The notes: generated by a model from the letters alone, not told the origin. A stretch of DNA of 64,000 bases from Octopus vulgaris (GCA_951406725.2 OX597819.1:65534001-65598000); one strand, 5' to 3'; positions 1 to 15,844 are shown, counted from the first letter of the stretch. Translations and numbers: made by a program.

Positions 1-87
1 GACTACTTTACGATGAAAACTGTCGCCCTCCATTCACTGCCGCAGCTTCGTTACTACAAATATGTGTGTATGCAAGTATGAACATTA

Positions 88-114
88 AATATATATATAT
101 ATATATGTAAGTGT

Positions 115-169
<55 letters not shown>

Positions 170-239
170 GGTATATATATATATATATAAATATATGTAT
201 ATATACATATAAATATAGGTATATATATATATATATAAA

Positions 240-290
<51 letters not shown>

Positions 291-467
291 GTATATATGT
301 ATATATATATATATATATTTGAATATATACCCATATATATGGGTATACATATATATATATGTATATGTTTATATATGCATATATATATTTACATACATAC
401 ATGTATATATATTCTTATTAATGCATATATATATATGTATGTATGCATGCATGCATGCTTATATGTA

Positions 468-508
<41 letters not shown>
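88..508. repeat. Degenerate (TA)n microsatellite tract
   Basis: Direct reading; explains the YI-rich ORFs. Confidence 0.95.
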
Positions 509-509
<1 letters not shown>

Positions 510-1621
510 TGTACAGGTGTAATCAACTCTCCATGTATACATACATACTTAAGTGAACACATGTTTTGTATCGACTCATTGTATATCGGAAGCAATAGTG
601 ATTTACAGGAATTGTGAATTTCTTTTCCGTGACATTAAGTAATACTTAACCTGGCGAAAAGAGGGCGAGAAACATGTTTTTTCCTTCTTTTTTTGTTCTT
701 TGTTAGTGGTGGTGGTGATGGGTGAGTTTATAAGGGTCAATACTCATGAGATTGAAAGAGTGGAAACGAGGGTGAGCGGGGAGAGATGCTATAAGTTAAT
801 GGAAGTTGGTACATAATGGAAGCTAATACATGTCCAAACAGCACTTCTTCAACGTATCATAATTAACAAATGCTTGTTCTTGGGAACAATATAGCAGGAA
901 AAGGGAGTCGGAAATGAGAAAGAGAGACGGTGACAGAGAGTGAGAGAGAGAGGTAGAGAGGTAGAGAGAAAGAGAGAGAAACACGCACAACGACAGAGAA
1001 AAAGTAGACAACCATCGGAGACAGGAAGACAGAGAGAATGAGACAGAGAAAGAGAGTGACCTGGAAAGTCTGAAGAGACGGAAATAATGAAAATAGGAAT
1101 AAAAATAGAAGTAAAATGGAAGGAGCGAGACAATATGTGATAAGAATGTTTTGGAGAATGGGATAAATAGAGCAGCAGGGAGCAGACGAAGGAGAAATAG
1201 GGAGAGTGAGATGGGGTTTCGAGTTAATGACATTTGAAAACTGGAGAGAAAGTGAATGAAAGTTAAACAAAGATTAGAATGAATGAGAGATGATTTTGAC
1301 AAAGAGATATAAATGATTTGGACAGCACAAGAGAGAGACTCAGAAAGAGAGAGAGAGTGAGACAGACAGACAGACAAAGACAGGCAGACAGAGAATGATG
1401 GAGATGGACACAGAGCGGCAGAGAAGGGGCGTTTGACTTACTAAGCCACTGAAAGAGAGAGTGTGAAATATTGACAAGAGAACAGAAGAGTGGCATTGAT
1501 GACAAAATTGAGAGATATGAGAGAAAAAGAGGAGAAACGGCTCATGATTGTTGGAGAGTGGTGTAGAAGTCAGAGAGAAGGAAAGATAGAAAGAGAAATA
1601 TTAAGAAAGATTAAGAGATAT

Positions 1622-2038
1622 AGGCGCAGGAGTGGTTGTCTGGTAAGTAGCTTGCTTACCAACCACATGGTTCCGGGTTCAGTCCCACTGCGTGGCACCT
1701 TGGGCAAGTGTCTTCTACTATAGCCTCGGGCCGACCAACCTTGTGAGTGGACTTGGTAGACGGAAACTGAAAGAAGCCTGTCGTATATATGTATATATAT
1801 ATATATGTGAGTGTGTGTGTGTTTGTGAGTCTGTGTTTGTCCCCGTAGCATTGCTTGACAACCGATGCTGGTGTTTTTACGTCTCCGAAAATTAGCAGTT
1901 CGGCAAAAGAGACTGGCAGAATAAGTACTGGGCTTACAAAGAATAAGTGCCGGGGTCGATTTGCTCGACTAAAGGCGGTGCTCCAGCATGGCCGCAGCCA
2001 AATGACTGAAACAGGTAAATGAGTAAAAGAGTAAAAGA
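1622..2038 (+). mobile_element. tRNA-derived SINE, family A (full length)
   Basis: Head GGCGCAGGAGTGG with A-box-like and B-box-like (GGTTCAGTCCC) motifs, internal (TA)/(TG) tract, tail GGCGGTGCTCCAGCATGGCCGCAG...GTAAAAGA; >8 copies in window. Confidence 0.9.
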
Positions 2039-2162
2039 GATATGAGGCGAGGTAATCAACGTGAGAGAATGTGGGCTGTGAGTGAGAGAAAAAGAGGGAT
2101 AAAAGTATTAAGCAGAATGAGAAGAAAGACAATAAAAGAGTGAGTAAGACAACAATGTCTGA

Positions 2163-2622
<460 letters not shown>

Positions 2623-3672
2623 GTAAATAAATGATAGAGAAAAAGAGACACAGAAAGAGAGAAAGAGGTATAGTAATAGCAGAAGACGAAGAGAATTCAA
2701 AGAGACAAATGTAAGGAGTTTATAAGAGCGTGGTAAATAGAATTACGAGGCAAGAGATGATGGGAGAGTAACGAAAATACTAGGATAATATTGAAAGGCT
2801 GAGGGGAATGAAAGAGAAAAGGAACCAGTGAACAAGAGAGGTACTAAGTGACACAGTGAGAGAGAGAGAGAGAAAAAAAAATGATAGACGAATAACGGAG
2901 GGGATTTTAAAGACCCCGGTGGATAGTAAATATGGGGTAGAAAATAAAGAGATTTATATTGAAAGAGAGAGAAAGTGGAAAGGTGAGAAATTTGGTTATT
3001 AAGTTAAAGAAAAGGGCCACGAAACTGACAAATAAAAGATATGGGAGGGACTATTAAAATTAAAGATATATGATGAGAAATGTGAAGGAAAGATTGAGTT
3101 GAAATTGAGAAATAAAAACATGTTTAATGTGGAAGAAACAAAAATAACGAAGGATTAAGAATGAGAATGAGAGAGGAGAGAAGAGGTTTGTAGCGGGAGA
3201 TGAGTGAGCTTGGACAATCAAATGAGGTAAAAAATAAAAAAAGGCATAATCGAAATAATTACAAACTGTGAGAAATAGATGAAAAAAAAGAAATGAACTC
3301 ACACAATGCAACAATGAGAGAGAGAGGGGGGAGGAAGAGAGAAGAGGGATGGAGGGTGATAAAGAGGAAAAACAAGAGGGAAGTTGAAAGTGACTTTGTA
3401 TGGCTGGTAAACAGAAAAAGACACACGGCGCATGCCCGGACAACATGTCTCAACATTATATGTTGACACGCACTGAAATGGTTTGTTAACACAGCGCAGT
3501 TATTGATTACACATTTGTACAGTTGATTAGTACAAAAACACACAACCATAACTGAACACACTTATAAATGCACACATTCACAGAGACAAACATTAATATA
3601 TACACATATACATAATATTTGCCAGATGCATATCTATATCAATACATACATATGTATGTATATATATATATG

Positions 3673-3729
<57 letters not shown>

Positions 3730-5044
3730 ATATATTTGTGTGTTTGTTCCTGGACGTGTGTGTGTACACACGCATATTTATATGGATGTATACGAATATG
3801 TCGTTGCATATATAAATACATGTATATCTATATCTATCTGTCTCTGTCTCTGTCTCTGTCTCTCTCTTTCTCTCTCTCTCTCTTTCTCTCTCTATCTCTC
3901 TCTCTCTCTATATATATATATACATATATATATATACATACATACACACACACACACATACATACATACATGGGTATGTATGCATGCGTTTTTTTTTTTT
4001 TCTAATACAACATACACTTGTAGCTTCTCTGTGGAAATCAAATTTGTTTTATCTTCTTATGAGTTCACAAAAAGATAAAACTGGTTGGTTTCTTATCAAC
4101 TTTGACCATCATCAGCGACAGAAAACGCGACAACTCTTCAAAGCAAAATTACTAGTCGATTGCTATTTACAATGTGAACAAAAACAAAATTTTAAAAAAT
4201 TAAAAAGCCTCACCAAAACTGGTGTTTATTTTGCCACAGCTAAATAAAGTGGTATGGTACAATACAGCTTCTAATCTCTTCATGAGCAGATAAACTGGGA
4301 TTAATTTCAATAGGTCTTTGTCGTTTTACACTTTCATCGGAGAACGATTATTTTTTTTTTTTTGTTTCGCGCTAAACTTAGGAACTTACATAGAAAAAAA
4401 CTACGGCACAAGTGAACTCGTCAGTCTAATTTTCATAACAATGGCAGTGCAGATTCTGTAGATTAACTCTTCAATTCCTGTATGAAAATAGGCTGCTTCA
4501 TTTGGCTGGTCTTGAAACGCACAATATCACAAAAAATCCTAGTTACCTTCTTTATATTCAAAAGTGGAGTGGAACACTAATATATGGCATAAAAATCGAA
4601 TTCTTCTATCATTCGTTGTTTTAATATCACGGAATAATCATCATGAGAATGAGCTTTTGGCATAGAAAATTAGTTAATTAACTGAGTGTGTTCTTCACAA
4701 CATTTTTATGATAATTAAAGCTGTGTAATATACGTCCAGCAATGAACATGATATTTGTGCCAGCATAAGTACTGTTATGTAGACGTGTGTAAATGGTTCA
4801 GCTCAGACTTTCTGTGTTTCTCTGTTTTTTTCTCTGTTGTTGAAAAGAACCTTTGAACCAGAACAGAACATAGGTACATTTATATAATAATTTGTTTGTT
4901 CGTTCGCCTGTTATACGTTAATTAGTTAGAGAGGTAGAAATGGAGTGAGTGAGAGGTTGAGTAAGAGTGAGGGAGAGAGAATTGGAGGAGTGAAGAAAGA
5001 AGAGAGGAAAAAGTAGAGATAGGTGATTAATATTAACACACTAA

Positions 5045-5400
5045 AGTATTGCGGTATTTCGTCTGCCGTTACGTTCCGAGTTCAAATTCCGCCGAGGTCG
5101 ACTTTGCCTTTCATCCTTTCCGGCTAGATTAAATAAGTACCAGTTACGCACTGGGGTCGATATAATCGACATAATCCGTTTGTCTGTCCTTATTTGTTTC
5201 CTCTGTGTTTAACCCCTTGTGGGTAGTAAAGAAATAGGTATTTCGTCCTTCGCTACGTTCTGAGTTCAAATTCCGCCAATGTCGACTTTGCCTTTCATCT
5301 TTTTGGAGTCGATAAATTAAGTACCAGTTGAACACTGGGGTGGATGTAATCGACTCATCCCCACCTCTCCCAAGTTACTCTTGTAAAAATTTGAAATAAC
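5045..5400 (+). mobile_element. SINE family B (Deu/Nin-like central domain), tandem partial copies
   Basis: GAGTTCAAATTCCGCC B-box followed by GCCTTTCATCCTTTC..GTCGATAAATTAAGTACCAG, resembling the Deu/Nin SINE domain. Confidence 0.8.
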
Positions 5401-6129
5401 ATTAATACACTTAGGCCAAATGTTCAGCTGAATGTAGAAGAGAAGAACGAGCGAAAAAAACGACGAAAGAAAAAGTGGGGGAGAGAAGTGTGTTGGAGTG
5501 GAGAAGGAATACATATTACGTTGTTAAAATGCCAGCTGAAGGGAAAGGTAGATAGAGAGAGCTAGACACGTGAGGTAGTGCAATAGAGAGAGGCAGATAG
5601 CGGTGGTGGTGGTGGTGGTGGTGGTGGTGGTTGTGGCGGTGTGTTGATACGGGAAAAGTTATTTTTCTTTTATCTAATTTTTTATAGCGACCATTGCATA
5701 CGCATAAATGCAATTACTTATCGCCTGCTCGCTTAAATAAAAATTAATATTTGTTTATAAGGGTTAATTTAGCCTAAGATCTGGATTCACAAGAAACACA
5801 GTTGCAAGCTGACCCTGAGAGGATGCGCAGATATTGAGAACGGTTTAGAGAGGAAGAGCGAGAAGATATAATAAAAAGAGGTAAAATTCAACACCGATGG
5901 AGACGTGTGGAAACGAATGTAGACGAACGTTAATAATATTTAGAGAAAGCTAAACTAGGAATGCTATGATAATGCAAATGTTCCCTTTTTTCTTAATTTT
6001 TGCTATAAAAATTCAAATTTTTTCACTCCTAATTGTTTCCATTCTGTGGATTTTACACGGGTTCTAAAAGTAAATATTATTTTACTTGTAGTCAGTCGGG
6101 GGTCCCTCATTTATTACGACCAATTCCTT

Positions 6130-7380
6130 CCCACTTCATATTCCTTTTTGCAGTATCTTTGAATATTAATCTTCATCTTCTTTGGGTTCTTTTCCTTTTG
6201 CATTGCAGAGAGTAAAGATTTTGTCTGGTGAGTCTGCTCTTATAAATCCTGTGCACGTGTCCCAACCAACGTAAATTCCTATCAATAAGGATTTCCATCA
6301 TTTGAGGCGGATCCAGCACGCCGTAGGATCTCTTCATTCCCAACCTTGTCATAGACAGTGATATTCATAATTTATCTCATCATATATGTAACCTGTCTAC
6401 CTGAACTTTATAAGCTGTCCAGTTTTAGCTCCATACAGCAAGTAAGAAAGCACTATAGCGTGGTATACCTTACATTTGACACGTACAGAAACATACTTAG
6501 TTTCTACAGCCTCTCTGCAGGTTGCCAAATGATGCTCAGGCTCTGCTCGTTCTGTATGTGATTTCTTGTTCCACTGGTACATGATCTGAGATGGTGCTGC
6601 CTAAGTATGTGCAGTACAGTGGCCCAACCTGTAGGTTCTCTACAGGTTAGTAAAGGCTATTGTCGTAAATTTGTAGCTAAAATAACTGTTGGAAAAGTTC
6701 ATTGTTATTTTTCGCTGTGAGTTACCAGATCAGCCTCAACAAAGTGAACTTCCTTGGAAATCGCTATTGAGAAGGACAGATTCATAATGGCAACTAAGAA
6801 AGCGGTGACAGTATCACTAATATTTCGAATCCTTCCCGCTCCTAGTTACAGAATCCTGTTTTCCTGGTAGATTAACTGATTAAATGCAGCAATATTTTTG
6901 TAGCTTAAACAGTTGGGAAAACTTATATGTATCTAGATACACGAAATTTTGCATTGACATAAAGGGAAGATCATTATACGCTTGCATTAATTACTGAAAA
7001 TAAATTACTGAAAGAATTTGTCAAATGTGCTGGTGTTTAAGAATTTCCATCCACATGAAGATTCTCATTATTCTACGTTTCGAGATGTCGGTAACAGATT
7101 CAGTTTTCATCCCTTATCAATAGATTGGTATCATACAGCAGGCAAACAGTTGCATCAAGTAAAACTACATGACAGGTTTACGTCACCGGAATGAGAAATA
7201 TGAGAATGGACAAACCGTCTGAGATTCAATAGTGTAGCGGCAACAGCGATGAAGCTGTTGCACGCACAATTCTATCGTATTTTGAGAGAAGCAAATTTAG
7301 GAGAGAAGCAAATTTAGCAGAACATTTCTATCTGTTTCTCCTGGTGCTTCAATAAATATCTGGTCAACCCTTCTCCCTCC
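6130..7380 (-). pseudogene. Decayed RTE-clade LINE ORF fragment
   Basis: Minus-strand peptides KCKVYHAIVLSYLLYG and NEEILRRA..LRWLGHVHRI match RTE C-terminal motifs; frameshifted; extent above ~6640 is uncertain. Confidence 0.75.
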
Positions 7381-7403
7381 GGCATTTATTTTGTTTGCTT
7401 CAC

Positions 7404-8178
7404 TATCGTCATCATCATCATCACCATTATCTTCCTCCTCCTCCTCATCATCATCATCAGCAGCAGCAGCAGCAGCATCGACTTCATCATCATCTTCATC
7501 ATCATCTTCATCTTCATTTCATCATCATCATCCTCACCACATCATCATCATCATCATCATCATCATCATTATCATCATCGTCTTCATAGTCTTCATCACC
7601 ATCATCAGCATCATCAACTTCATTTCATCATCATCATCATCCTCATCATCTTTACCTTCATCAACATCCTCATCCTCATTAACATCCTCATCATCATCAT
7701 CATCATCAACATCATCATCATGATCCTCATCATCTTTTTCATCATCTTCATTTCATCATCATCTTTTTCATCATCTTCATTTCATCATCATCATTATCCT
7801 CATCATCTTCATCATCATCATCATTACCATAATCATCATCGTCTTCATTTCATCATAATCTTCATCTTCATTTCATCATCATCATCCTCACCATCTTCAC
7901 CACCATCATCATCATCATCATCATCATAATCATCGTCAGCATCATCATCATCATCATTGTCGTCGTCGTCGTCGTCGTCTTCATAATCTTCATCATCACC
8001 ATCATCATCATCAACATCATTTCATCATCTTTACCTTCATCTACATCATCATCATCATCAACGTCATCATCGTCATCACCAACATCGTCGTCGTCATCAT
8101 CCTAAACATAGTCACCGTCGTTGACATCATCATCATCATCACGATCACGATCACCATCATCCTCAAAATCGCCATCAC

Positions 8179-8228
<50 letters not shown>

Positions 8229-8380
8229 ACATCATCTTCAACATCGTCGTCACCATCATCTTTAGCATCATCATTATTGTCGTCGTCGTCGTTATTATAA
8301 TTGTTGTCTCTAATATTATTATTATTGCTCCTGTTTTTATTGTTGTTATTGTTGTTATTATTATTATCATCATCATCATC
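7404..8380. repeat. ~1 kb degenerate (CAT)n trinucleotide tract
   Basis: Direct reading. Confidence 0.95.
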
Positions 8381-8484
8381 GCTGTTGTTGTTGTTTTTTT
8401 TTGTTGCTCTTTCTACTGTGGTTGTTCTGAAAAGTGCTTTCTACAAAAGCATTGAATAGAATTATAAGCAACATACATACTTAC

Positions 8485-8658
8485 AAGCAGCCATGCATAT
8501 TCTTGCATCATCATACTCATACACCTGTCTATATGCAAACACGTCGGCACAGATGCCTGGTACCATCTTGACTGAAACACAGAAATCCTTATCAATTTAA
8601 CAAATACTTGTCTTTGTAAAGAATGAATGAGATTTGAATTGAGTGGCAGGCTTTTAAT
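8485..8658 (-). CDS. Candidate 174-bp phase 0-0 exon with an LRR-like segment (IKSLPLNSNLIHSLQRQVF...)
   Basis: Poly-T tract + TAATAG acceptor, GTAAGT donor, open frame, homologous copy at 20557. Confidence 0.4.
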
Positions 8659-9037
8659 CTATTAAGGAAAAAAAAAACTGAAATAATTTCCAGGACGACA
8701 GCATACTTAGAGCAATATCTGCTTATGTGGATTCATTCGTACATACATGCATCGACGCATACATATACATACTCGTATATAAATTCGTACATAGGCACCT
8801 CTATGTATTGAGACACGTATATATGTGGTGATTATATTTATATTTAAGTAGCTATGTTTGCCTCTTCGTAAATACACACAGAAATATAGACATGCAGAAA
8901 AATTTCGTCTGACGAGCTCTAGCAGTGGTGAAATATCTCAATCAATTGAACAAAGACTTCTTCATTGGATAATGTTCTTTGGGTGCAGGAAATCAAAGTT
9001 TGTTCATTTGCATGCGTGTGAGTGCATCCGTCATCTA

Positions 9038-9203
<166 letters not shown>

Positions 9204-9209
9204 TGCCTG

Positions 9210-9555
9210 TAACGTAAGTAGCTTGCTTACCAACCACATAGTTCCAGGTTCATTCCCACTGCGTGGCATCTTGGGCAAGAGTCTTCCACTATAGCCTCGG
9301 GCCGACCCAGGCCTTGTGAGTAGATTTGATAGGCGAAAACTGAAAGAAGCCCGTCAAATATATGTGTGCATATTTATATAAATATATATATATATACATA
9401 TATACGACGGGATTCTTTCAGGTTCCATCTACCAAATCCACTCACAAGGATTTGGTCGGCCCGAGACTATGGGAGAAGACTGTTACCCGAGGTTCCGCGC
9501 ACTGGGACTGAACCTAAAACCATGTGGTTGGGATGCAAGCTACTTACGTTACAGG
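9210..9555. mobile_element. Two SINE family A 5' halves in inverted (tail-to-tail) orientation
   Basis: + copy 9210-9360, - copy 9405-9555. Confidence 0.85.
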
Positions 9556-9607
9556 CACTCTTCATTTATATATATATATATATATAAATATATATACACA
9601 CACATAT

Positions 9608-9665
<58 letters not shown>

Positions 9666-9690
9666 CATAGATGACGGATGCACATCCACT

Positions 9691-9752
<62 letters not shown>

Positions 9753-9824
9753 GAGGGAGAGGGGGAGATAGTGGAAGAAAGAGGGGAGAGAGAGCGATAC
9801 AATTCTATATATAAGTATATATGT

Positions 9825-9869
<45 letters not shown>

Positions 9870-12094
9870 CAGACATACAGACAGATAGAGAAAGGGAGAG
9901 AGAGAGAGAGAGAATTATAGAGAGAAAAGTATGAAATACGCAGTGTTAAAGTGCAAAATCATTATGGAATTCTTCCTTTCCCGATTATCATCATTTCACA
10001 GCTACCAAGAAAGGAGGAATTTATGGAGTAGAATGAGAAATCTATTGGACTGAATCATGTCTCGAGCTAAACTGTATTAGACCGGAACGTGTCTAAATTT
10101 GTCCAGTCGCAATCAAAAATATCTTAGTTATCTTTAGTCGAAGATTGGTATTTAACTTTCGAGAAATTCTAAATTTCTTGAATTGTTCTTCCATTTAGTT
10201 TAAGTGGCTAATATTGGCGGGCGACTAAATTTTAGTTTCATTTCAGTAATAATGAGAATAATTTCAATTAATTACGATTGTTTTTTGCATTTTTTATACA
10301 GAATACTACACCTTTATTTACAGTAATACAAAAATACACTGGCGTACTCTAAGTATAATGCACTATTTTAAACTACATTTATTTCTATTTCATTTTCCCT
10401 TACATAAGGTTATAACAAATTTGAATATGTAATTACGTAGCAATATTGGAAGTGTAGATATATATTTTAACTGTTATATCTAATATTTTTCTCGGAGCCG
10501 CACAAAATACAGTGAAAATACGAGCCTTTTTAAACACAGATGCTTGACCAACGTCAGAATTTAACGAAGAATTTGCTGAAGATACATCTAGTATTATTCA
10601 AACATGCATATCGCCCTTCAGATAACCATTAATTGAAAGAGAGGTAACTATCTCCTCACAACGGGAAGTGAGATTAGAAACTTGTATTTGAAATCGAGAA
10701 ATATGGAAAGGATACAAGGAGTTCAAGTATACATGCACACACACTCACACACATATACACTTACTCACACACATACATACGCGCGCACTCACATACCCAT
10801 ACAAAATTTAGTGGTTATCATACATACTACTATTTCATTTTTTTTTCGAAATCTCCAACACATTTAACCACTGTTCGCTTTGACGTATAACGAAGAGAAT
10901 CCTTATACTAAAATTAAAGAGAAATCTAATTAGAATCCTGACGAAGTTCATTGAGTATTTCAATTTTTCTTTTCATAGAAACTTGAAGGTTTAAGAAAAC
11001 GGTCCTTGTGTTTATGTAAATTTCTACCGTACGTTTTCAAAGGTCTTCGACCACGTGAATTTATTTCTAAAGCTATCAGTCTTTGCAACATTAACTACAA
11101 ACGGTTTCGAAAGCCTTCATCGCTATGGTTTAGGTTTAGATATTTTTCCTAGCTGTTATCTTTTATATCGTTCATGTAGTCGAACATGCTTCACATTTAA
11201 CGTTAGAAGATGAAATATGAATTTTCAGGAAGCCATAATCAGTTACTTAAACAAGCGTGGTGCCATCTGGATGGTTATTAATACAGAGTGAGGCGAGTTC
11301 TCCTTACAAGGTGAAGCGAGACATTATTAATTTCGCAGAACACCAAACAAACGGCAATGTTTCTTAATTAATTCAATGCTCATAATAAAATAAATTGAAA
11401 TAAATTATTTATTACAATACGAGAAGATTTTTAGAATATTCAATAAATATACAATTATATTCGATCTGACTTTTAGAATTTGGTGAATGTAGCGAAAGGG
11501 GAACTTTAATACACAATATTCGGAATGGATTTTTAAACATTGCAAATTTATAAATTTTGTTGTATCTCTGGCGGTTCATTAGACTAATATTAAACACACG
11601 CACTGTTGAATACGTGAGATATAGACCTTCCGCTTCTCACATATATTCTCAATCACAGAAATATAATTAAAGAACCTGTATACAAGGAGATCGGCGGACA
11701 GACTTGCCACAAGCCTGGAGTAGAAAGCATGCTATTAATGTGGTCAAGGATGACGATGCAAGTTCTTTCACAAACCAAACTGAGTACCATAAGGATTAGT
11801 CAAATAATCGACTAGTTAATTAGTTAAGTGTATAACCAACCGGAAAAGAAAAATAAAGAAGGGAAATAGAACCAGTGTCTGTTGGTAACATTGGCATAAC
11901 GACCGTCCCGAGATACAACGAAATATGTTTCAACTATTTTTGAAACAAATCTTATTCTTAAACCAGTCATTTTCATTGTATTTACTTCTTGATAACATTG
12001 GAATTCAACTTGTCTCCACTCTTGATATTTTCCTTCAGGAATTCAATTCTCAATTTCTATCATAAAAATCGAAATTCAAAATATTGCTTAAAAT

Positions 12095-12450
12095 ATTCTT
12101 TTCTACTCTAGGCACAAGGCCCAGAAATTTGGGGGAGGTGACCAGTCGATTAGATCGTCTCAAGTACGCAACTGGTACTTAATTTATCGGCTCCAAAAGT
12201 TAAAGTCGACAAAATACCTATTTCTTTACTACCCACAAGGGACAAAACACAGAGGGGACAAACAAGGACAGACAAACGAGTTAAGTCGATTACATCGACC
12301 CCAGTGCACAACTGGTACTTAATTTATCGACCCTGAAATGATGAAAGGCAAAGTCGACCACGGCGGAATTTGAACACAGAACGTAACGGCAGACGAAATA
12401 CCGCTGAGCATTTCACCCGGCGTGCTAACGTTTCTGCCAACTTGCCACTT
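12095..12450 (-). mobile_element. SINE family B
   Basis: Reverse complement of family B head and Deu/Nin-like domain. Confidence 0.8.
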
Positions 12451-13496
12451 TAAATATTGCTTTAATAATGCGATGTTCAAATAACAAATTAAAATTCATT
12501 TTTTTAAGAAGGAAGTTATACTCATACACAGACGAGGACCCCAAATTAACAACGGGCTGGAGGTTGGTAATTAATACATTATTTAGATACATCTGGATGT
12601 GTATAGGTTCATTTTTGATAATATGCTCATCTGTAGTTTATAACAAGAAAAAAAAATCGAGAACAGAAAGAAAAGAAAAAAGGGAAGTGCGCGTTTCATA
12701 CATAACTTAGAAGCAGCGCTAAGGATGAACCAACATGGGACATGGCCGACCTCACACACTTCTCATGAGGAATTCCAGAAGGAGCATCGTGAGACCACTG
12801 CTGAGACACCTCCGAAAAATAAAAAAGGAAAAGCCGTTAGAAAACCGATTGTAGCAGCGACTCCATCTGAGAATATCTGAAGAAGAAATATTTTTCCGAA
12901 GTATCATATCAGACTATGGATGATTAATTTACAACAGGCAAATAGCCCATTGTCTATATTATAGTGCATTGTTGTACCATTCAAAGCTTTTTATTCTTTA
13001 CAAACAATACAAAATGCTTCAAGCGAATTACAATACTCTCCTAAATTAAAATTCGTACATTACTATGTTATCTTATTTATTTATGAACTAATGAGTAACA
13101 GATTGTCGAACAAAACAGTGTCTCTTGATTTAATCTACATTATTAATAACATATTAATTAATATAAACGATCAGGTGGTATAATCGCCAGCACGTCTGCC
13201 AAAATTCTTGGCGTCATTTCTGCCGGTGCTTTATGTTTTGATTTCAAATCCGGGCCTGGATCAACTTTGCCTTTCATCCTTTTATAGTCGATAAAATATT
13301 TTAAAAAAACCAGTGAAGCACTAGTGTCGATGTAATCGATTTATCTCCTTCTCTCACCATTGCTTGACCCCTTTAACAAACCGACGTCCCGTTTAGAAAA
13401 ATGCAGTGTCTTAGTCACTAATATGCCACAACTAGCTTTATGTGTCTTGCGGCTTGAAGAATATAGAAAGAAATATCTACGCGATATACACACTAC

Positions 13497-13715
13497 AAGG
13501 CGGCGAGCTGGCAGAATCGCTAGCACGCCGGGTGAAATGATTTGTGATATTTCGTCAGCCGCTGCGTTCTGAGTTCAAACTCTGCCAAGTTTGACTTTGC
13601 CTTTCATCCTTTCGGGGTCGATTAAATAAGTACCAGTTACGCACTGGGGTCGATATAATCGACTTAATCCGTTTGTCTGTCCTTGTTTGTAGCCCCTTGT
13701 AGGCAGTAAAGAAAT
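13497..13715 (+). mobile_element. SINE family B
   Basis: AAGGCGGCGAGCTGGCAGAATCG head, B-box, central domain; an older copy lies at ~13170-13350. Confidence 0.85.
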
Positions 13716-13789
13716 AGATATATACACTACAAATCCAACATGGTGATAAGAAAAATAACGTTTTCCTCAAAATAAGAAGTTTGAAAATT

Positions 13790-14200
13790 TTATTTGACTC
13801 CTGATTTTACAATAATAAATGAAAAATATAATAATTACAAATTACACTTCAGAAAAATTTACTCTTTTTTTTTTTCTAGACCGAAGATACTACCAATCCC
13901 AGTTTGGAAACAAATTTTTGAAATGGTTGAGTATGATAGTAAAATATGGGAAGAATCGGTGGATTGGAATCCAATGAAGATTTACAACGTTAATATTTAG
14001 TTACATAAAACTTTCAGTATCGTTGCAGTGTAATATGTTTAATGTTAAAATAATGTTAAAGATCTTATTCCTTGCGACAATATAACTGCCGTCATCGTTG
14101 TCTTGATAAGCTGAACATTCAATAACAGCTAACCGTACTCCTCTGCAAGAAAATTCCTGTTTTATAATAATATCATCACAAAGCATCATATTTGATAACC
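13790..14200 (-). pseudogene. Possible hAT (Tip100/ZMYM1-like) transposase relic
   Basis: Minus-strand remnants FSCRG and PYFTIILN resemble LAFRG and YFSIILD motifs; heavily decayed. Confidence 0.3.
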
Positions 14201-15112
14201 TAGCCCATTAAATTTTATAACTGTTCTGAAAACTTTACCTAATTATTAATTTCTAGAATTGTTAAAGAAAACCAAGTAATTCTCTTTAATTTCGTAATTA
14301 TCCTTCATTCGATAGTCGCTACAGTTTGTTCGTCGCTACAGTTTGTATCTCAGACGTGTGACATTAAAGAGTTAGTAGGAATAAACAAAGAGTTTTATTC
14401 CTTGATATTACGTTAATTATAGCGAAGATGTGTACAAGACTGACTTTCAACAAATAAATGCATACACGCAAGCATAAAAGGACACACATACACTCACACA
14501 CTCATACACATATACACCCGTATAAATATATACATATGTATATATAAACACACGCATATTCAAAGAGAGAGAGAGATAGCGAGAGCGGGAGAGAGAAAGA
14601 GATGCATTTGTAGGATGTTCCAGTGTCCGTATTATATGTTCGTCCTCCTGTTGCCAAGTTACGTTCGTTGCTCTTTTGATGTGTGAACTAAAATTGTCTC
14701 TAAATCCCGCCCCAAAAATAAGATGGACCTCGATGAAAGACAGATTCAGGATAAAGATGAATTTCTTTATTATGTCCTACCTTGTTATGAAACAAGTTTA
14801 TAACTACATGAAGTTGAGCCTCTCGTTTTAAAATTATTATGAAACAATGGAAGGCAGACGCACGTTTAGGCATATTTAAATTTAGTTGCATGTAGATGAC
14901 ACTACATACCTCTCTGATTATCATTCTCTCTCTCTATCTATCTATCTAGCTAGCTAGCTAGTTAGATAGCTATCTGTCTATTTGTCTATTTGTCTATCTG
15001 TCTGTGTATTTCTGTCGTTCTGTCCATCAGCTTGTCTGTCTGTCAACCTGTCTGTCTCTCAACCGATTGAGCTATGCATGTTTCTTTGATAATTATATAT
15101 ATATGTAGTTAC

Positions 15113-15145
<33 letters not shown>

Positions 15146-15322
15146 TGTATGTATACGTATGTATATGTATATATGTAATTACACATATAAATATATATAT
15201 ATAGAGAGAGAGAGATAGATAAGTAAGATGCACACATTCATGTATTCACAAACATATAATAATCCGCATATCTGTATGTATGTATGTATGTATGTATGTA
15301 TGTATGTATGTATGTATGTATG

Positions 15323-15356
<34 letters not shown>

Positions 15357-15358
15357 TG

Positions 15359-15411
<53 letters not shown>

Positions 15412-15844
15412 GCATTTATGAAAGAAAGAGTGATGTATGCTTAGTGTTTGTATGTGTGTATGTGTGCGTGTGTGTGTGTTTGTAGTGTATGCATGCTGTC
15501 ATCTTGGAAATTGTTTAAATTTTCCTTAATATATTAAAAGCCTGTCACACTATGCAAAACTCATCCATCTTTTAACGAGGACAAGTATTTGTTTAAGCGA
15601 TAAGGCTTGCTTCCGCCGAGATGGCACCAGGTTTTCATATATATATATATATATATATTAATATGTGTTCCTAGTGTGTTTGTGTAGATGTAAGTTTGGG
15701 TAAATATGTGTGTGTCGCGCATGTGCGTTTGTGTGTGTGTGTGTGCGTGAGAGAGAGAGTGTGTGCACTTATTTGTGTGTATGTGTGTGTATGTGTGCGT
15801 GTGTGTATGTGTGCGTGTGTGCATTTGTGTGTGTTTCATTGTGT

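Noticed and set aside
8-595. YI/CV/HT-rich ORFs here and throughout the track
   Set aside because: Translations of dinucleotide and tetranucleotide microsatellites.
823-1505. Long Ser/Leu-rich minus-strand ORFs
   Set aside because: AG-rich low-complexity DNA lacks stops on the CT strand.
1622-1700. tRNA genes at SINE heads
   Set aside because: A/B boxes present but no complete cloverleaf; they continue into SINE bodies.
7391-8379. Poly-Ser/His/Ile/Met ORFs
   Set aside because: Products of the (CAT)n tract; no splice or domain evidence.
10900-12050. Possible old hAT (Buster/SPIN-like) transposase relic on the minus strand
   Set aside because: Only vague motif echoes; cannot be supported without a profile search.
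12725-12880. 51-aa plus-strand ORF MNQHGTWPTS...
   Set aside because: Short, no homology recognised, weak splice context.
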